A DNA stretch of 64,000 nucleotides from Nanobdellota archaeon (GTDB lineage: Archaea > Nanobdellota > Nanobdellia > Parvarchaeales > Parvarchaeaceae). The notes beneath the pieces are model-generated. The model was not told the DNA's origin, made no database searches, and saw only the letters and a list, made by a program, of their open reading frames with translations. The stretch covers positions 25-64,024 of the forward strand of contig JAKASS010000004.1 of assembly GCA_021818905.1 (NCBI GenBank). Direction: 5' to 3'. The translations under genes and the position numbers were made by a program. Position 1 is the stretch's first letter. The number at the start of each line of letters is the position of its first letter. Shown here piece after piece: positions 10,155-20,456 of the stretch.

Positions 10155-11410
10155 TTTTCTACGTCGCTTACTTTCTTTCTTTGTTTGACGCTTTTAGGCG
10201 GCGTTTGTACTTCCAGGTTTCCCCTCTGCATAAACAGCATTACCCACGTTATCGTTATTGTCGATATTATAACCGCGAAAATCACGTCTATAAACCCCAC
10301 ATTCAATATGCCATATGCTATCGGCAAAGTAGCGACAACTGCTGCCGCGGTCCCTCTAGAGACCATGGAAGACGCCAACCTCTTGTCATCCTTAGAAAAT
10401 TCTGATTTGGTGAGCGCCAACTTCGTCCCTACCAGTCTTGCCATCAGCAAAACAAGCGCTATGGCTACGCCAAGTAAGAAATCGTAATAATCGTTCAATA
10501 GTATCAATCCACCGAAATATACAAAGAAGAAAGACATCGTAAAAAAAGTTATCAGGTCATTAAAGCTTTTCGATTTTTCGTTTATCGTGAACGAGGCACT
10601 GTGTCTGTAACGTAAGGCCTTGTATAGGTCCTCGCCGTTTGCTATCACTAGACCGAATATCAAAGCGGAAACCGGACCGCTCCCCCCGATGTCCTGGACG
10701 AGTATGTACAAGACGAAAACCAGTGCGAGAGAAGCTACATACGAGTAAGCGTAGCGGTTCCTCTGGAGATAGCTCATCGCCGGGATCCAAGCGATCGCCA
10801 GGGCCGCGCCCAACACGATGCCTATAGAAAACTGGGACACTAGCGCGGGCACCAGCGCCCCTATCTGATAATTATTTAACAATACCGCCCCGATTATAAC
10901 AAGGACAAGTATTATGCAAACCGGTTCGGTTATGGCCGATTCTAAATTTATAAGGCCACTTTTTTTGTCTTTCGGTGAATCGACCTTGCTGAGGGATGGG
11001 ATCACCTCCGCGCTTACGCTTCCGACCGCGAAAGCGGTAATTATAGAGACCAACGGGCCGTACCCCAAAAAGTACATCAATGCAAACACAAATCCGGCCG
11101 ACACGGCAAAGTTTACAAAAGCGGATATGGCTGCCCTGTGAACAAGCCCTGCGAGTTTCTTTATCTTAAGGACTAGCCCCGCGTTGAAAAGCAGGATAAG
11201 TATTACCAGCACAGAGATGAAAGGCAATGCGGAAAGCAGGACCGAGATTTTGGCAAGCGAAAAAATGGGTACTAATAGTATCCCAAACACCATCAGCCAC
11301 ACCATATAAGGTATTGACGTCTTCTTTGCTATGGCCCTGCCTATAAAACCTATGAGCAATATGGCGGCCGCGCCAAGCATAAAAAAATTTAATTCTGTAT
11401 AGTCCAACAT
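10145..11410 (-). CDS. CPA1-family cation:proton antiporter (paralog)
   Basis: About 13 TM segments; LFNAGL, LESAITEP and SRGTAAAVVA motifs. Confidence 0.85.
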   Translation of the reverse strand: MLDYTELNFFMLGAAAILLIGFIGRAIAKKTSIPYMVWLMVFGILLVPIFSLAKISVLLSALPFISVLVILILLFNAGLVLKIKKLAGLVHRAAISAFVNFAVSAGFVFALMYFLGYGPLVSIITAFAVGSVSAEVIPSLSKVDSPKDKKSGLINLESAITEPVCIILVLVIIGAVLLNNYQIGALVPALVSQFSIGIVLGAALAIAWIPAMSYLQRNRYAYSYVASLALVFVLYILVQDIGGSGPVSALIFGLVIANGEDLYKALRYRHSASFTINEKSKSFNDLITFFTMSFFFVYFGGLILLNDYYDFLLGVAIALVLLMARLVGTKLALTKSEFSKDDKRLASSMVSRGTAAAVVATLPIAYGILNVGFIDVIFAVIISTITITWVMLFMQRGNLEVQTPPKSVKQRKKVSDVEKWV

Positions 11411-11519
11411 AGTTAAAAGTGTCTTTTATATCTTAAATATATGCCGCTTATTTTTCAAATCAATCGAAAATCTTTTAATAGTTTGAGGTTTAATTTTACT
11501 ATAGAATACCGCCTTTATA

Positions 11520-13259
11520 ATGGAAACTTTGGACTTTGACTTAATAATATTAGGCAGCGGCATAGCCGGCCTGACGGCAGCCATACACACTACCAACGCG
11601 AGTAAAGGGAACGTAAAGATTGCCGTAATAACCAAACTTCACGCGATGAGGAGCCACTCGGTTTCTGCCGAAGGCGGCATATCAGGCGTACTGTACCCGG
11701 ACGAAACCCGTGACTCTACCGAGCTGCATGCCTATGACACAATAAAGGGCTCTGATTATCTAGCCGACCAAGATGCCGTGGAAATGCTTGTAAAAAACGC
11801 ACCCACGGAAGTAAGGTTCTTTGACCACATAGGCGTTTCATGGAATCGCGATGACAAAAGCCATATACAGCAAAGGGCATTCGGTGGCATGAGCATACCG
11901 AGGACGGCATTTGCGGCCGATAAAACCGGCTTCTTCATGATGCGCGCCCTTTACGATGAAGTATCCAGCATGAAAAACATCTCGATATTCCACGAACACT
12001 TTGCCTACGGATTATTAATGGATAGAAACAGATTCGTTGGTCTTTCTGTCATTGACTTGGCTACTGGCTCATCAAACATTTTCAAGGCAAAGACCGCAAT
12101 AATAGCTACGGGCGGTGCGTCAAGGCTTTACAGCTTTACGACTACCGCACATTCAACAACGGGAGATGGGATTGCTCTTGTGTACAAAGCCGGTTTGCCT
12201 TTAAAGGACATGGAATTTGTTCAATTTCATCCGACGGCGTTAGTGCCAAATGGTATCCTAATAACTGAAGCTGCAAGAGGGGAAGGCGGATATTTACTTA
12301 ATTCAAAGGGAGAACGTTTCATGGAAAAATACGCAAAAAGCAAGATGGAGCTTGCCCCTAGAGACATCGTTTCGCGTGCGATAATTACCGAGATAAAATC
12401 CGGCAATGGTTTTAAACACGAAGAATCTGGACTCGGATACATAAACCTTGACCTTAGACATCTTGGTGAAAAAATGATAAATGAAAGACTGCCGATGATA
12501 AAAGAGATTGCACAAAAGAGCATCAACTTGGATCCTATCAAGGACTTATTACCCGTAAGGCCCGCCGCCCACTTTACGATGGGCGGGATAAACACTGATA
12601 CCTTTGGAAGAGTACTTGTTGATGAAAATAAAACGCCGGCAAGCGGACTTTGGGCGATAGGCGAATGCGGCTGTGTGAGTGTTCACGGCTCTAATCGTTT
12701 GGGCAGCAATTCATTGAGTCAGTGCTCGGTATGGGGCAGGATAGCCGGCAACGCCGTTGCGAAATACCTAGAAATAAATAAGTCAAGCGTAAGTGTTTCC
12801 AAAGAAGTGGCAGCATCCGAAGAGCGAAAGATACTAGACTTATTTAATAGAAAAGGCAGCACTAATCCGTATTTTGTCAAATCCGAACTTCAAAAAACTA
12901 TGGATGAAAATCTATACGTTTATAGAAACAGAGAAGACATGATGAAGGCACGAAGACGGATAGCCGATCTAAAGGAAGCTTTCAAAGATGTTTATGTCCA
13001 GGACAAAGGTAAAATCTTCAATACGAACCTACGCGATGTGCTGGAGATAGAAAATTTACTCGAACTTGCTGAAGCTGTGACTATATGCGCAATAAACAGG
13101 AAAGAGAGCCGTGGGGCACACGCCGTCGTTGAATATCCAAACAGAGATGACGTAAGCTGGTTAAAACATACCATAATATACAGGACTGCAAGAGGCACTG
13201 GAATCAGTTATGCGCCGGTAAAAATAACGAACTGGAAGCCGGAGCCCAGGGTCTATTGA
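11520..13259 (+). CDS. sdhA: Succinate dehydrogenase flavoprotein subunit
   Basis: GSGIAG, RSHSVSAEGG (covalent FAD His), QFHPT and HGSNRLGSNSL motifs. Confidence 0.95.
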   Translation: METLDFDLIILGSGIAGLTAAIHTTNASKGNVKIAVITKLHAMRSHSVSAEGGISGVLYPDETRDSTELHAYDTIKGSDYLADQDAVEMLVKNAPTEVRFFDHIGVSWNRDDKSHIQQRAFGGMSIPRTAFAADKTGFFMMRALYDEVSSMKNISIFHEHFAYGLLMDRNRFVGLSVIDLATGSSNIFKAKTAIIATGGASRLYSFTTTAHSTTGDGIALVYKAGLPLKDMEFVQFHPTALVPNGILITEAARGEGGYLLNSKGERFMEKYAKSKMELAPRDIVSRAIITEIKSGNGFKHEESGLGYINLDLRHLGEKMINERLPMIKEIAQKSINLDPIKDLLPVRPAAHFTMGGINTDTFGRVLVDENKTPASGLWAIGECGCVSVHGSNRLGSNSLSQCSVWGRIAGNAVAKYLEINKSSVSVSKEVAASEERKILDLFNRKGSTNPYFVKSELQKTMDENLYVYRNREDMMKARRRIADLKEAFKDVYVQDKGKIFNTNLRDVLEIENLLELAEAVTICAINRKESRGAHAVVEYPNRDDVSWLKHTIIYRTARGTGISYAPVKITNWKPEPRVY

Positions 13260-13260
13260 A

Positions 13261-13674
13261 ATGGAAAACAAGGTTACCTATGACGTAAGAGGAAGTCAAA
13301 CAAATCTAAAAAGACAACTTTCATTCAATCAAGAAGGTTTTATTCACATGGTTTTTTACAGGGGCCTGATAATAGTTTCTATGATCTCCTTCTTAGTTTT
13401 TCTGCTTAGCTTTTGGTTCGCATGGATGTCCCAAGCCATTGGATACCTAATCCTAATTATTTGGATACTTTTCATACCCCAGGTCTTCTCTTTCCTTAAA
13501 GGCATCTCAATGATTGGCAGCAAAGGGCTAGAGTTTGGGCACCTTAATGAGTCGTACGCTTCCACTTTGAAAGTAAATCATAATGTTCTTTTTATGTATA
13601 AATTGGTCCCATACATAACAACTGGGATTTTCGTCTTCGGGCTAGGATTGTTTATTTTCGGGGTGTTGCTATGA
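13261..13674 (+). CDS. Divergent SDH membrane anchor (SdhC-like), 3 TM
   Basis: Lies between sdhA and sdhB and is translationally coupled; three hydrophobic helices. Confidence 0.6.
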   Translation: MENKVTYDVRGSQTNLKRQLSFNQEGFIHMVFYRGLIIVSMISFLVFLLSFWFAWMSQAIGYLILIIWILFIPQVFSFLKGISMIGSKGLEFGHLNESYASTLKVNHNVLFMYKLVPYITTGIFVFGLGLFIFGVLL

Positions 13675-14684
13675 AAGAATCCTGGATCTCATTACCGACG
13701 ATATACATGCCAATGGTCGGAGTTCCGATACTGCTTTTCGCATATACGCTTTCTGTTTTAGCCGGTTTGCATTCTATCGATAGAATATTGCTCGATCTTT
13801 CTATGGTGGGCTTGTTAGTATTTGGTGTTTCGGGGTTCAGGGACGTCTATATAAAGCACTGGAAGGGAAAACGTACAAAATTGAGGCCAGCCGTGGTCTT
13901 AAACAAAGAAAACCAAGAGAACGCTGGGAAAGCTGACGCTGGTGCGAGGACGGTAAAGTTCAATGTAAAAAGGTTTAATCCGGACACGCAAAGACTTGAA
14001 GAATCGATTTATAACGTAGAAACCGACGCGTTCTCGAACGTGCTTGATGGACTTTTAAAAATAAAGACGAAAACCGACCCGACCTTGTCGATGAGATACA
14101 GCTGTAGGATGGGGATCTGTGGCTCTTGTGGTATGGTCATAAACGACAAGCCGTCGCTTGCGTGCGAGACAAACGTATGGGAAAATATAAAAGACGAAAA
14201 AATAACGGTCGCGCCAATGCTGGGGCACCCATTGCTTAAAGACCTTGTGACCGACTTCGATGATTTCTTCGAGAAGCATCTTTTTGTAAATCCTTATCTA
14301 TTCAGAAACGATTTGGGGGAAAAATATCACCCGACCCAGCAATACAATCAAACAAAAGAACAGCTTGACAAGTTCCTTCCCTTCTCAGACTGCATAATGT
14401 GCGGACTATGTTTAGATGCTTGTCCAGTTGTCAACACTAACCAAGAGTTTATAGGGCCCCAGGCATTGTCACAAGCTTACAGGTACTATGCCGATTCTAG
14501 AGACGAAGCTGGGAAAGCCAGACTTGACCACATAGACCTGCTTAAAGGAGTCTGGGGCTGCGAATTTGCCGCATCGTGTTCGGACGTATGTCCAAAAGGA
14601 GTCGACCCGGCGTTTGCGATACAATTGCTTAAGACTGAGATAATAAAAAACGACTTGATTAAAAGTAAAGAAAGCAAGAGTTGA
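13671..14684 (+). CDS. sdhB: Succinate dehydrogenase Fe-S subunit with N-terminal membrane extension (possible SdhD fusion)
   Basis: SCRMGICGSC, CIMCGLCLDACP and CEFAASCSDVCP motifs; about 90 extra N-terminal residues including 2 hydrophobic helices. Confidence 0.9.
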   Translation: MKESWISLPTIYMPMVGVPILLFAYTLSVLAGLHSIDRILLDLSMVGLLVFGVSGFRDVYIKHWKGKRTKLRPAVVLNKENQENAGKADAGARTVKFNVKRFNPDTQRLEESIYNVETDAFSNVLDGLLKIKTKTDPTLSMRYSCRMGICGSCGMVINDKPSLACETNVWENIKDEKITVAPMLGHPLLKDLVTDFDDFFEKHLFVNPYLFRNDLGEKYHPTQQYNQTKEQLDKFLPFSDCIMCGLCLDACPVVNTNQEFIGPQALSQAYRYYADSRDEAGKARLDHIDLLKGVWGCEFAASCSDVCPKGVDPAFAIQLLKTEIIKNDLIKSKESKS

Positions 14685-16060
14685 ACATGTTAAACGAGGA
14701 CACGGTAAAGTTTTTTGCGTCGAACGTAAAAAGCGGTTTCTATGGCGACATACGGCTAAACGAAAGTGAAGGCACGCGTTTTGTCATAGAAAATGGCAAG
14801 GTCAGAAGGGTTTCGCAGACTAGCGACTCTGGTTTTGGGCTTCGGATAATGAAAGATGGTGTATGGGGCTTTGCGTCATCTAATAAACTGTCAAAAAAGT
14901 CAATAAAAAATGCGCTTGCTTCCGCGTGTTCGTACGTAAATTCAAGGACAAAATCAAGGATAAGATTTGAAATAAGCCCCGAAATGAACACTGCAAACGT
15001 TAAAGTCCCTTGGCAAAAGGACGTAAGAGACATAGAACTATCTGAAAAACTGGCTTTAGTTAAGGCGGCTGATAGAGCTGCGAGAGGAAAAGAGACCGTA
15101 TCTACGTTGTCAGCATACAGCGATATGGTCATTCATTGGATTCAAGGTAGCACCCTTGGCAACATCTTATCTTTCTACGAATCTTATCCCAGCCTTGGGG
15201 TTTCATCATTTGTAAAAGACTCTGCTGGGATCCAATCGGTCAGAAAAACTTTGGGTGGGAACTGCGGTTTTGAGATATTTAAACGCGGTTCTGCCGAGAA
15301 ACTCGGAGAAACTGTTCTTGAAGAGGCGAAAAACCTTGTAGGCGCTAAGGTAGTTAATGGGGGGAAGTACGATGTAGTGCTGGACCCGTCAATGACTGGG
15401 GTGTACACCCATGAGGCATTCGGCCATGCGACGGAAGCGGATGGCATACTTGCAGGCGCGTCGGTTCTCGAAGGCAAATTAGGAAAAGTTGTGGGTAAAG
15501 ACACGGTGACTATAATAGATGACCCAACTATGCCAGGGGAACGTGGCTCATTTAAATTTGACCAAGAAGGTACAAAGGCAAAGAGACGCGTGCTCGTGGA
15601 GAACGGCGTATTAAAGAATTATCTGAATACGCTTGAAACTTCAAACAGGCTTAGACTAGGGCCTAATGGCGCCGCTAGAAGCATGGATTATTCTTGCAGG
15701 CCTATCGCTAGGATGTCTAATACATTCATAAAGCCAGGGGATTTCAAAGACGACATATATGAAGACATAAATGAAGGAATCGCATTCTACGGCTTTCAAT
15801 ATGGGTATGTGGATCCGGCCAGCGGAAAGTTCATGTTCAAATCACAATATGGTAGGATGATACGAAACGGAAAATTAGCAGAATTTATAAGAGACGCCGC
15901 ACTTACTGGCTCCACGCTTGAGATCCTGAACAGGATCGATGCGATAGGAAAAGATTTTTCCCTTGATGGCGGGACTTGCGGCAAAGAGGGACAATGGGTT
16001 CCGGTAACAAGCGGCGGACCAAGTATACGTGTAAGGCAGGTGGTGGTCGGTGGACAGTGA
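14681..16060 (+). CDS. tldD: TldD metalloprotease
   Basis: HEAFGH zinc motif, RMSNT and TCGKEGQ. Confidence 0.92.
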   Translation: MNMLNEDTVKFFASNVKSGFYGDIRLNESEGTRFVIENGKVRRVSQTSDSGFGLRIMKDGVWGFASSNKLSKKSIKNALASACSYVNSRTKSRIRFEISPEMNTANVKVPWQKDVRDIELSEKLALVKAADRAARGKETVSTLSAYSDMVIHWIQGSTLGNILSFYESYPSLGVSSFVKDSAGIQSVRKTLGGNCGFEIFKRGSAEKLGETVLEEAKNLVGAKVVNGGKYDVVLDPSMTGVYTHEAFGHATEADGILAGASVLEGKLGKVVGKDTVTIIDDPTMPGERGSFKFDQEGTKAKRRVLVENGVLKNYLNTLETSNRLRLGPNGAARSMDYSCRPIARMSNTFIKPGDFKDDIYEDINEGIAFYGFQYGYVDPASGKFMFKSQYGRMIRNGKLAEFIRDAALTGSTLEILNRIDAIGKDFSLDGGTCGKEGQWVPVTSGGPSIRVRQVVVGGQ

Positions 16061-17363
16061 AAGCATACTAAGAGTGATAAGGGGGACAAAATTGGATGCG
16101 GGACTTGATATTCGGATTACCGAGGACCATTCAAGCTCATTGAGCATAGAACGCGGGGAATTTATGGGGGGGCAGGCAGACATAGAGAAGGAAGCAACTA
16201 TAAGATGCATCTATAAAGACAAAAGTTCTTTAGTGCATTTATCAATAAATTCAATAGAAGATCTGAACCTTGGCGTGGCAAGAGCATACAAATTAGCCAA
16301 AACCATTGGATCTGAAGACGGGCAATCAACGTTCTCTGTACAGAAACACATAAATAAACCCAATCCTTTAAGTAAAAGAATAGATAAAGTAAAAAATTCG
16401 GACATTCTTTCAAGAATGCTTTCTGCACAAAAAGAAGTATCTAAGTTGGGACACATCCATTCTGTAAATATATTTTCTGGTCATTCACACACAAATCTTT
16501 ACGCCGCAAACAGCAATGGAATAAACGGAGACTGGGAAGGAAGCTCCGCTTTCCTCAGAGCGGAGGTCATAGCCAAAGACGGCACTGAACAGACCACCGG
16601 TTCTAAAGGCGCCGAAAGTCTTGACCCATATGGAATAGATTTTGATGATGTAGTAATAAAAGCTTCTAATACGGCTAGAGGAATGCTTGGCGCGAAATCA
16701 GCCCCTACATTTAAGGGTGATTTGTTACTGAGCCCAGAGGCTGCTAATCTTATATTTGGCAAATTCGTTTCTGCCATGAACGGGGAAGACATACTAAAAA
16801 AGAGAAGTTTTCTTACCGGCAGAAAAGGCCATGCCGTCGCCTCGAAATTGATAAAACTGCGAGAAGAAAACTGGTTGAAAAGAAGCCCTCGCAATCGCCA
16901 ATTTGACGATGAATTAATCCCTACTTCTTCCAAGGATTTGGTGTCTGATGGATTGCTAAGGACTTATCTACACAATATATACAGCGCAGAAAAAACGGGG
17001 GAAAGGCCGACTGGAAACGGATTCTTCGGCTTAGACGGTTCATCAATAGATACTACAAATGTTGTCTTAAAGGCGGGCAATGTAAAAACTGAAGACTTAA
17101 TATCGCGGATTAAAAGAGGAATTTACATGCTCGAGACTGGCGATTCGCCAAATATGGCTACGGGGGATTTATCTGCTATGGTAATGAATGGCTATTACAT
17201 CAAGGATGGAGAAATAAAATATCCAGTGAAGGAAACTATGGTCGGGGTAAACATGATAGACTTGATGAAAAACGTTAGCGTTTTAGGATCAGAATATATC
17301 GGTTTGGACGGAGTTTTTACGCCGGCTTTACTTGTAAACAACGTACAAATCTCCGGAAAATAA
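16050..17363 (+). CDS. pmbA: TldE/PmbA partner
   Basis: FDDELIP and PTGNG motifs; no HExxxH; follows tldD. Confidence 0.85.
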   Translation: MDSESILRVIRGTKLDAGLDIRITEDHSSSLSIERGEFMGGQADIEKEATIRCIYKDKSSLVHLSINSIEDLNLGVARAYKLAKTIGSEDGQSTFSVQKHINKPNPLSKRIDKVKNSDILSRMLSAQKEVSKLGHIHSVNIFSGHSHTNLYAANSNGINGDWEGSSAFLRAEVIAKDGTEQTTGSKGAESLDPYGIDFDDVVIKASNTARGMLGAKSAPTFKGDLLLSPEAANLIFGKFVSAMNGEDILKKRSFLTGRKGHAVASKLIKLREENWLKRSPRNRQFDDELIPTSSKDLVSDGLLRTYLHNIYSAEKTGERPTGNGFFGLDGSSIDTTNVVLKAGNVKTEDLISRIKRGIYMLETGDSPNMATGDLSAMVMNGYYIKDGEIKYPVKETMVGVNMIDLMKNVSVLGSEYIGLDGVFTPALLVNNVQISGK

Positions 17364-17558
17364 TATTTAAAATCTGCTTAGCAGAAGAAATAGGAAAAAG
17401 AAGAAATAGGAAAATCTACACGGCGTAAATATAGAAGAAGTAAAAATGGAAACAACAGTATTTGATACAAATGTTAATCTAGACAGATGGTGGATTTGCC
17501 CACGTACTACTGGCTGCAAAAATATGCGCTGAAGAGAACGTTTCCAGATAAAATTCAT

Positions 17559-17664
17559 TTAGGACATCTCTTTTTTATGAATTCCACCCTTTCCTCGGGA
17601 GTCATCACCGGCACTCTTATCGACTTGTATCCAAAGCTAGCATAAGCCCCATAAAGAAGCTCCT
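17559..17664 (-). pseudogene. C-terminal fragment of a NadR/AAA_28-like ATPase, truncated at the IS630 remnant
   Basis: Manual translation ...ELLYGAYASFGYKSIRVPVMTPEERVEFIKKEMS*. Confidence 0.45.
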
Positions 17665-17976
17665 GCTGTACGTGGAAGACTTCCGCGTGCATAGTTCGAA
17701 GAAGATAAAGCGCTTCCTAAAGCGGCATCCCGACCTCAAAGTAAGGTTCTTTCCCCCTTATTCTCCATGGCTTAATCCCCAGGAATACTGGTGGAACCAT
17801 ATCCGCAGGAAGCTGCTTGACAACCGCTTCTTCCGATCCGCAAGGCAGATGGCCTTTGCTATGGCAAGGTTCGTAAACTCCGTGCCTCCAGAAGAAGTGA
17901 TGAGCATATGCTCGCTGAACCCCCTTAGAAAGACATTAAAGGACGGAGTGTAGGATTACTTTCGAGGATTGCTATA
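17665..17976 (+). mobile_element. IS630-family remnant (3' part of transposase and right end)
   Basis: ORF 17672-17953 has FFPPYSPWLNPQEYWW (DDE_3 motif); ends in GCTATA; GC-richer than flanks. Confidence 0.85.
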
Positions 17977-18032
17977 ACTAAGAAATTTAGTGATTAAAAC
18001 AAGAATTTATTTGATTAGGTGCATCCAATAAA

Positions 18033-19136
18033 ATGGTAAACCTCCTTGAATTCCAAGGAAAAGAGATGTTTAGGAAATATAACATACCTGTCCCTAACGG
18101 CAGACTTCTCAAAAGTGAAAATGAAATAAAAAAGCTTGACGATCCTTCTGTTCTAAAAGTGCAGGTACCTACCGGTCATAGGGGCAAATCTGGCGGGATT
18201 TCGATAGTTAAGACCTTGACTGAAGCGTGTAAGGCGCTCGAAAACATGCAGAAAATGAGCTTTGACGGCTTTTCGCCAAAGGGGTTCCTTTTGGAAGACA
18301 TGGTAAAACATACATCAGAAATATACATAAGCATAAGTCTTGACAGGGGCCGACGCTCGCCGGTGTTGATAGCATCCTCGCGGGGCGGTGTCGACATAGA
18401 AAATGTTCCTAAGGGCAAGATAGTTACGTTTAATCTAAACCAGTTGATAGGAATACCAAACTATGTCAAGCGCCAATTGCTTAAAGATTTAGGCCTAAAG
18501 GAAACTTTGAGTGGAGAATTGTATAGCTTAATCGATCGCTTGTGGTCGCTTTACAAGAACGAGGACGCCGAATTAGTCGAAATAAATCCTTTGGCAGTTA
18601 CGGAGAACGGGTTAATTGCTTTAGACTCAAAAATCTCTATAGACGATGATTCGTTATTCAGGCATAAAGAGCTAAGTCCGGACCTTGGGACAGACCCGCT
18701 TGAAATCAAAGCCAAGAAAGAGGGAATAGCTTTTGTAAGGTTAGACGGTGATATAGGTCTTATAGCAAATGGTGCGGGGCTTACCATGGCAACTATAGAC
18801 CAAATCGCGCTTCTTGGCGGCAAAGCTGGAGACTTCCTTGATCTAGGCGGAACCGATGACCCTGCAAAAGTCGCAAAGGCCATAGAACTTGTAGCAGAAT
18901 CCAATCCAAAAACCGTTCTAATAAACGTATTTGGGGGCGTAACAAAGGCAGACACTGTCGCGAACGGCATAGTCTTGGCGGTGAAAGCAATAAAACCAAG
19001 ATTCAAAATATTCGTAAGGCTCAATGGATTCAACGCGGAAAAGGGCAAGAAGTTACTGACGGCTAATGGAATAAAGGCGTTCAGCGAAATGGGAGAAGCT
19101 GTAAGTGCCGTTGTGCTCGCTTCAAAAAAGGTGTAA
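18033..19136 (+). CDS. sucC: Succinyl-CoA synthetase beta subunit
   Basis: LLEFQGK, EINPL, NGAGLTMATID and FLDLGG motifs. Confidence 0.93.
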   Translation: MVNLLEFQGKEMFRKYNIPVPNGRLLKSENEIKKLDDPSVLKVQVPTGHRGKSGGISIVKTLTEACKALENMQKMSFDGFSPKGFLLEDMVKHTSEIYISISLDRGRRSPVLIASSRGGVDIENVPKGKIVTFNLNQLIGIPNYVKRQLLKDLGLKETLSGELYSLIDRLWSLYKNEDAELVEINPLAVTENGLIALDSKISIDDDSLFRHKELSPDLGTDPLEIKAKKEGIAFVRLDGDIGLIANGAGLTMATIDQIALLGGKAGDFLDLGGTDDPAKVAKAIELVAESNPKTVLINVFGGVTKADTVANGIVLAVKAIKPRFKIFVRLNGFNAEKGKKLLTANGIKAFSEMGEAVSAVVLASKKV

Positions 19137-19142
19137 AAATTT

Positions 19143-20015
19143 ATGTCGGTCTTATTAGATAAAAACACGAAAGTGATTGTTCAAGGGATAACCGGGCACC
19201 AAGGGGAGTTCCACACAAAGGCGATGTTAGAGTTGGGTACAAAGATAGTGGCGGGAGTCACCCCTGGAAAAGGTGGCACGATTATATCTGGAATCAAAGT
19301 CTACGACGACGTGAAGACGGCAGTCGATTTTACTGGTGCAAATGCGTCGGTCGTATTCGTGCCCGCGCCGTTCACACGTGATGCAGTATTAGAGGCGATA
19401 GATGCCGGTATAAAACTCCTCGTTATAATAACCGAACACGTCCCATCACATGATATGATAGATCTCTTATTATACGCTAGGATGAATGGCGCTACGATAA
19501 TAGGCCCAAATTGTCCGGGCATCGCGGTCCCTGGCATAGGCAAGCTCGGCATAATCCCTAACTCTGTGCTAAAGAAAGGCAGAATCGGAATAATATCGCG
19601 GAGCGGCACTCTAACCTACGAGATAGTAAACTCTGTAAGCGTGGCCGGCCTTGGAGAAAGCACAGTTATAGGCATGGGCGGCGATAAGGTCCCCGGCACG
19701 GATTTCGTTGATGCTCTGAAGCTTTTCAAAGATGACGGTGATACCGATGCAATAATACTCGTGGGTGAGATAGGCGGGGGTGCTGAAGAAGAAGCCGCCA
19801 CGTTTGTGAAATGGAACATTAAAAAACCGGTAGTAGGCTTTATCGCGGGAATATACGCGCCGTCGGGGAAACGGATGGGACATGCTGGCGCAATTATTTC
19901 GGGCAATACCGGAACCGCCGAAAGCAAGATAAATGCATTTAAGTCTGCTGGGATAGAGGTAGCAAAAAACCCGGACGAAGTTGCAGTTTTACTTAAAAGA
20001 AAAATAAAACGTTGA
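19143..20015 (+). CDS. sucD: Succinyl-CoA synthetase alpha subunit
   Basis: [20 protein letters not shown] and RMGHAGA motifs. Confidence 0.96.
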   Translation: MSVLLDKNTKVIVQGITGHQGEFHTKAMLELGTKIVAGVTPGKGGTIISGIKVYDDVKTAVDFTGANASVVFVPAPFTRDAVLEAIDAGIKLLVIITEHVPSHDMIDLLLYARMNGATIIGPNCPGIAVPGIGKLGIIPNSVLKKGRIGIISRSGTLTYEIVNSVSVAGLGESTVIGMGGDKVPGTDFVDALKLFKDDGDTDAIILVGEIGGGAEEEAATFVKWNIKKPVVGFIAGIYAPSGKRMGHAGAIISGNTGTAESKINAFKSAGIEVAKNPDEVAVLLKRKIKR

Positions 20016-20140
20016 CGATTCGACAACTGACGTCAACTAAAAACCCAATTTGAAAAATTTAAATAATAGCGACTACAAAATTATAACATGCCTAGCTTAC
20101 CTTAGCATTAAAAACTAGAATAAACTTCGCAACAGGGAAA

Positions 20141-20455
20141 ATGGATGTAAAAGGGCAAAAGCAGTTTGAAACTGAAGTTCTTAAGTCGACCGTTCCAGTT
20201 CTTATAGATTTCTGGGCAACTTGGTGCCCGCCATGCAAAATTTACGGACCTGTAATAGAAGAAGTAGCAAAAGAGAATGAAGGGAAAGTAAAATTAGTCA
20301 AGATAGATGTTGACCAAAACGAAGATATCGCTTCGCATTATGGGATATCGAGTATACCGACTACTTTCCTTGTGGAAAAAGGGAAAGTAAAGGCAAGCTT
20401 CGTCGGTGCGATACCAAAGGACAAACTTAGAAAGTGGCTAACGGAAAATTTATAA
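20141..20455 (+). CDS. trxA: Thioredoxin
   Basis: FWATWCPPCK active site. Confidence 0.95.
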   Translation: MDVKGQKQFETEVLKSTVPVLIDFWATWCPPCKIYGPVIEEVAKENEGKVKLVKIDVDQNEDIASHYGISSIPTTFLVEKGKVKASFVGAIPKDKLRKWLTENL

Positions 20456-20456
20456 T

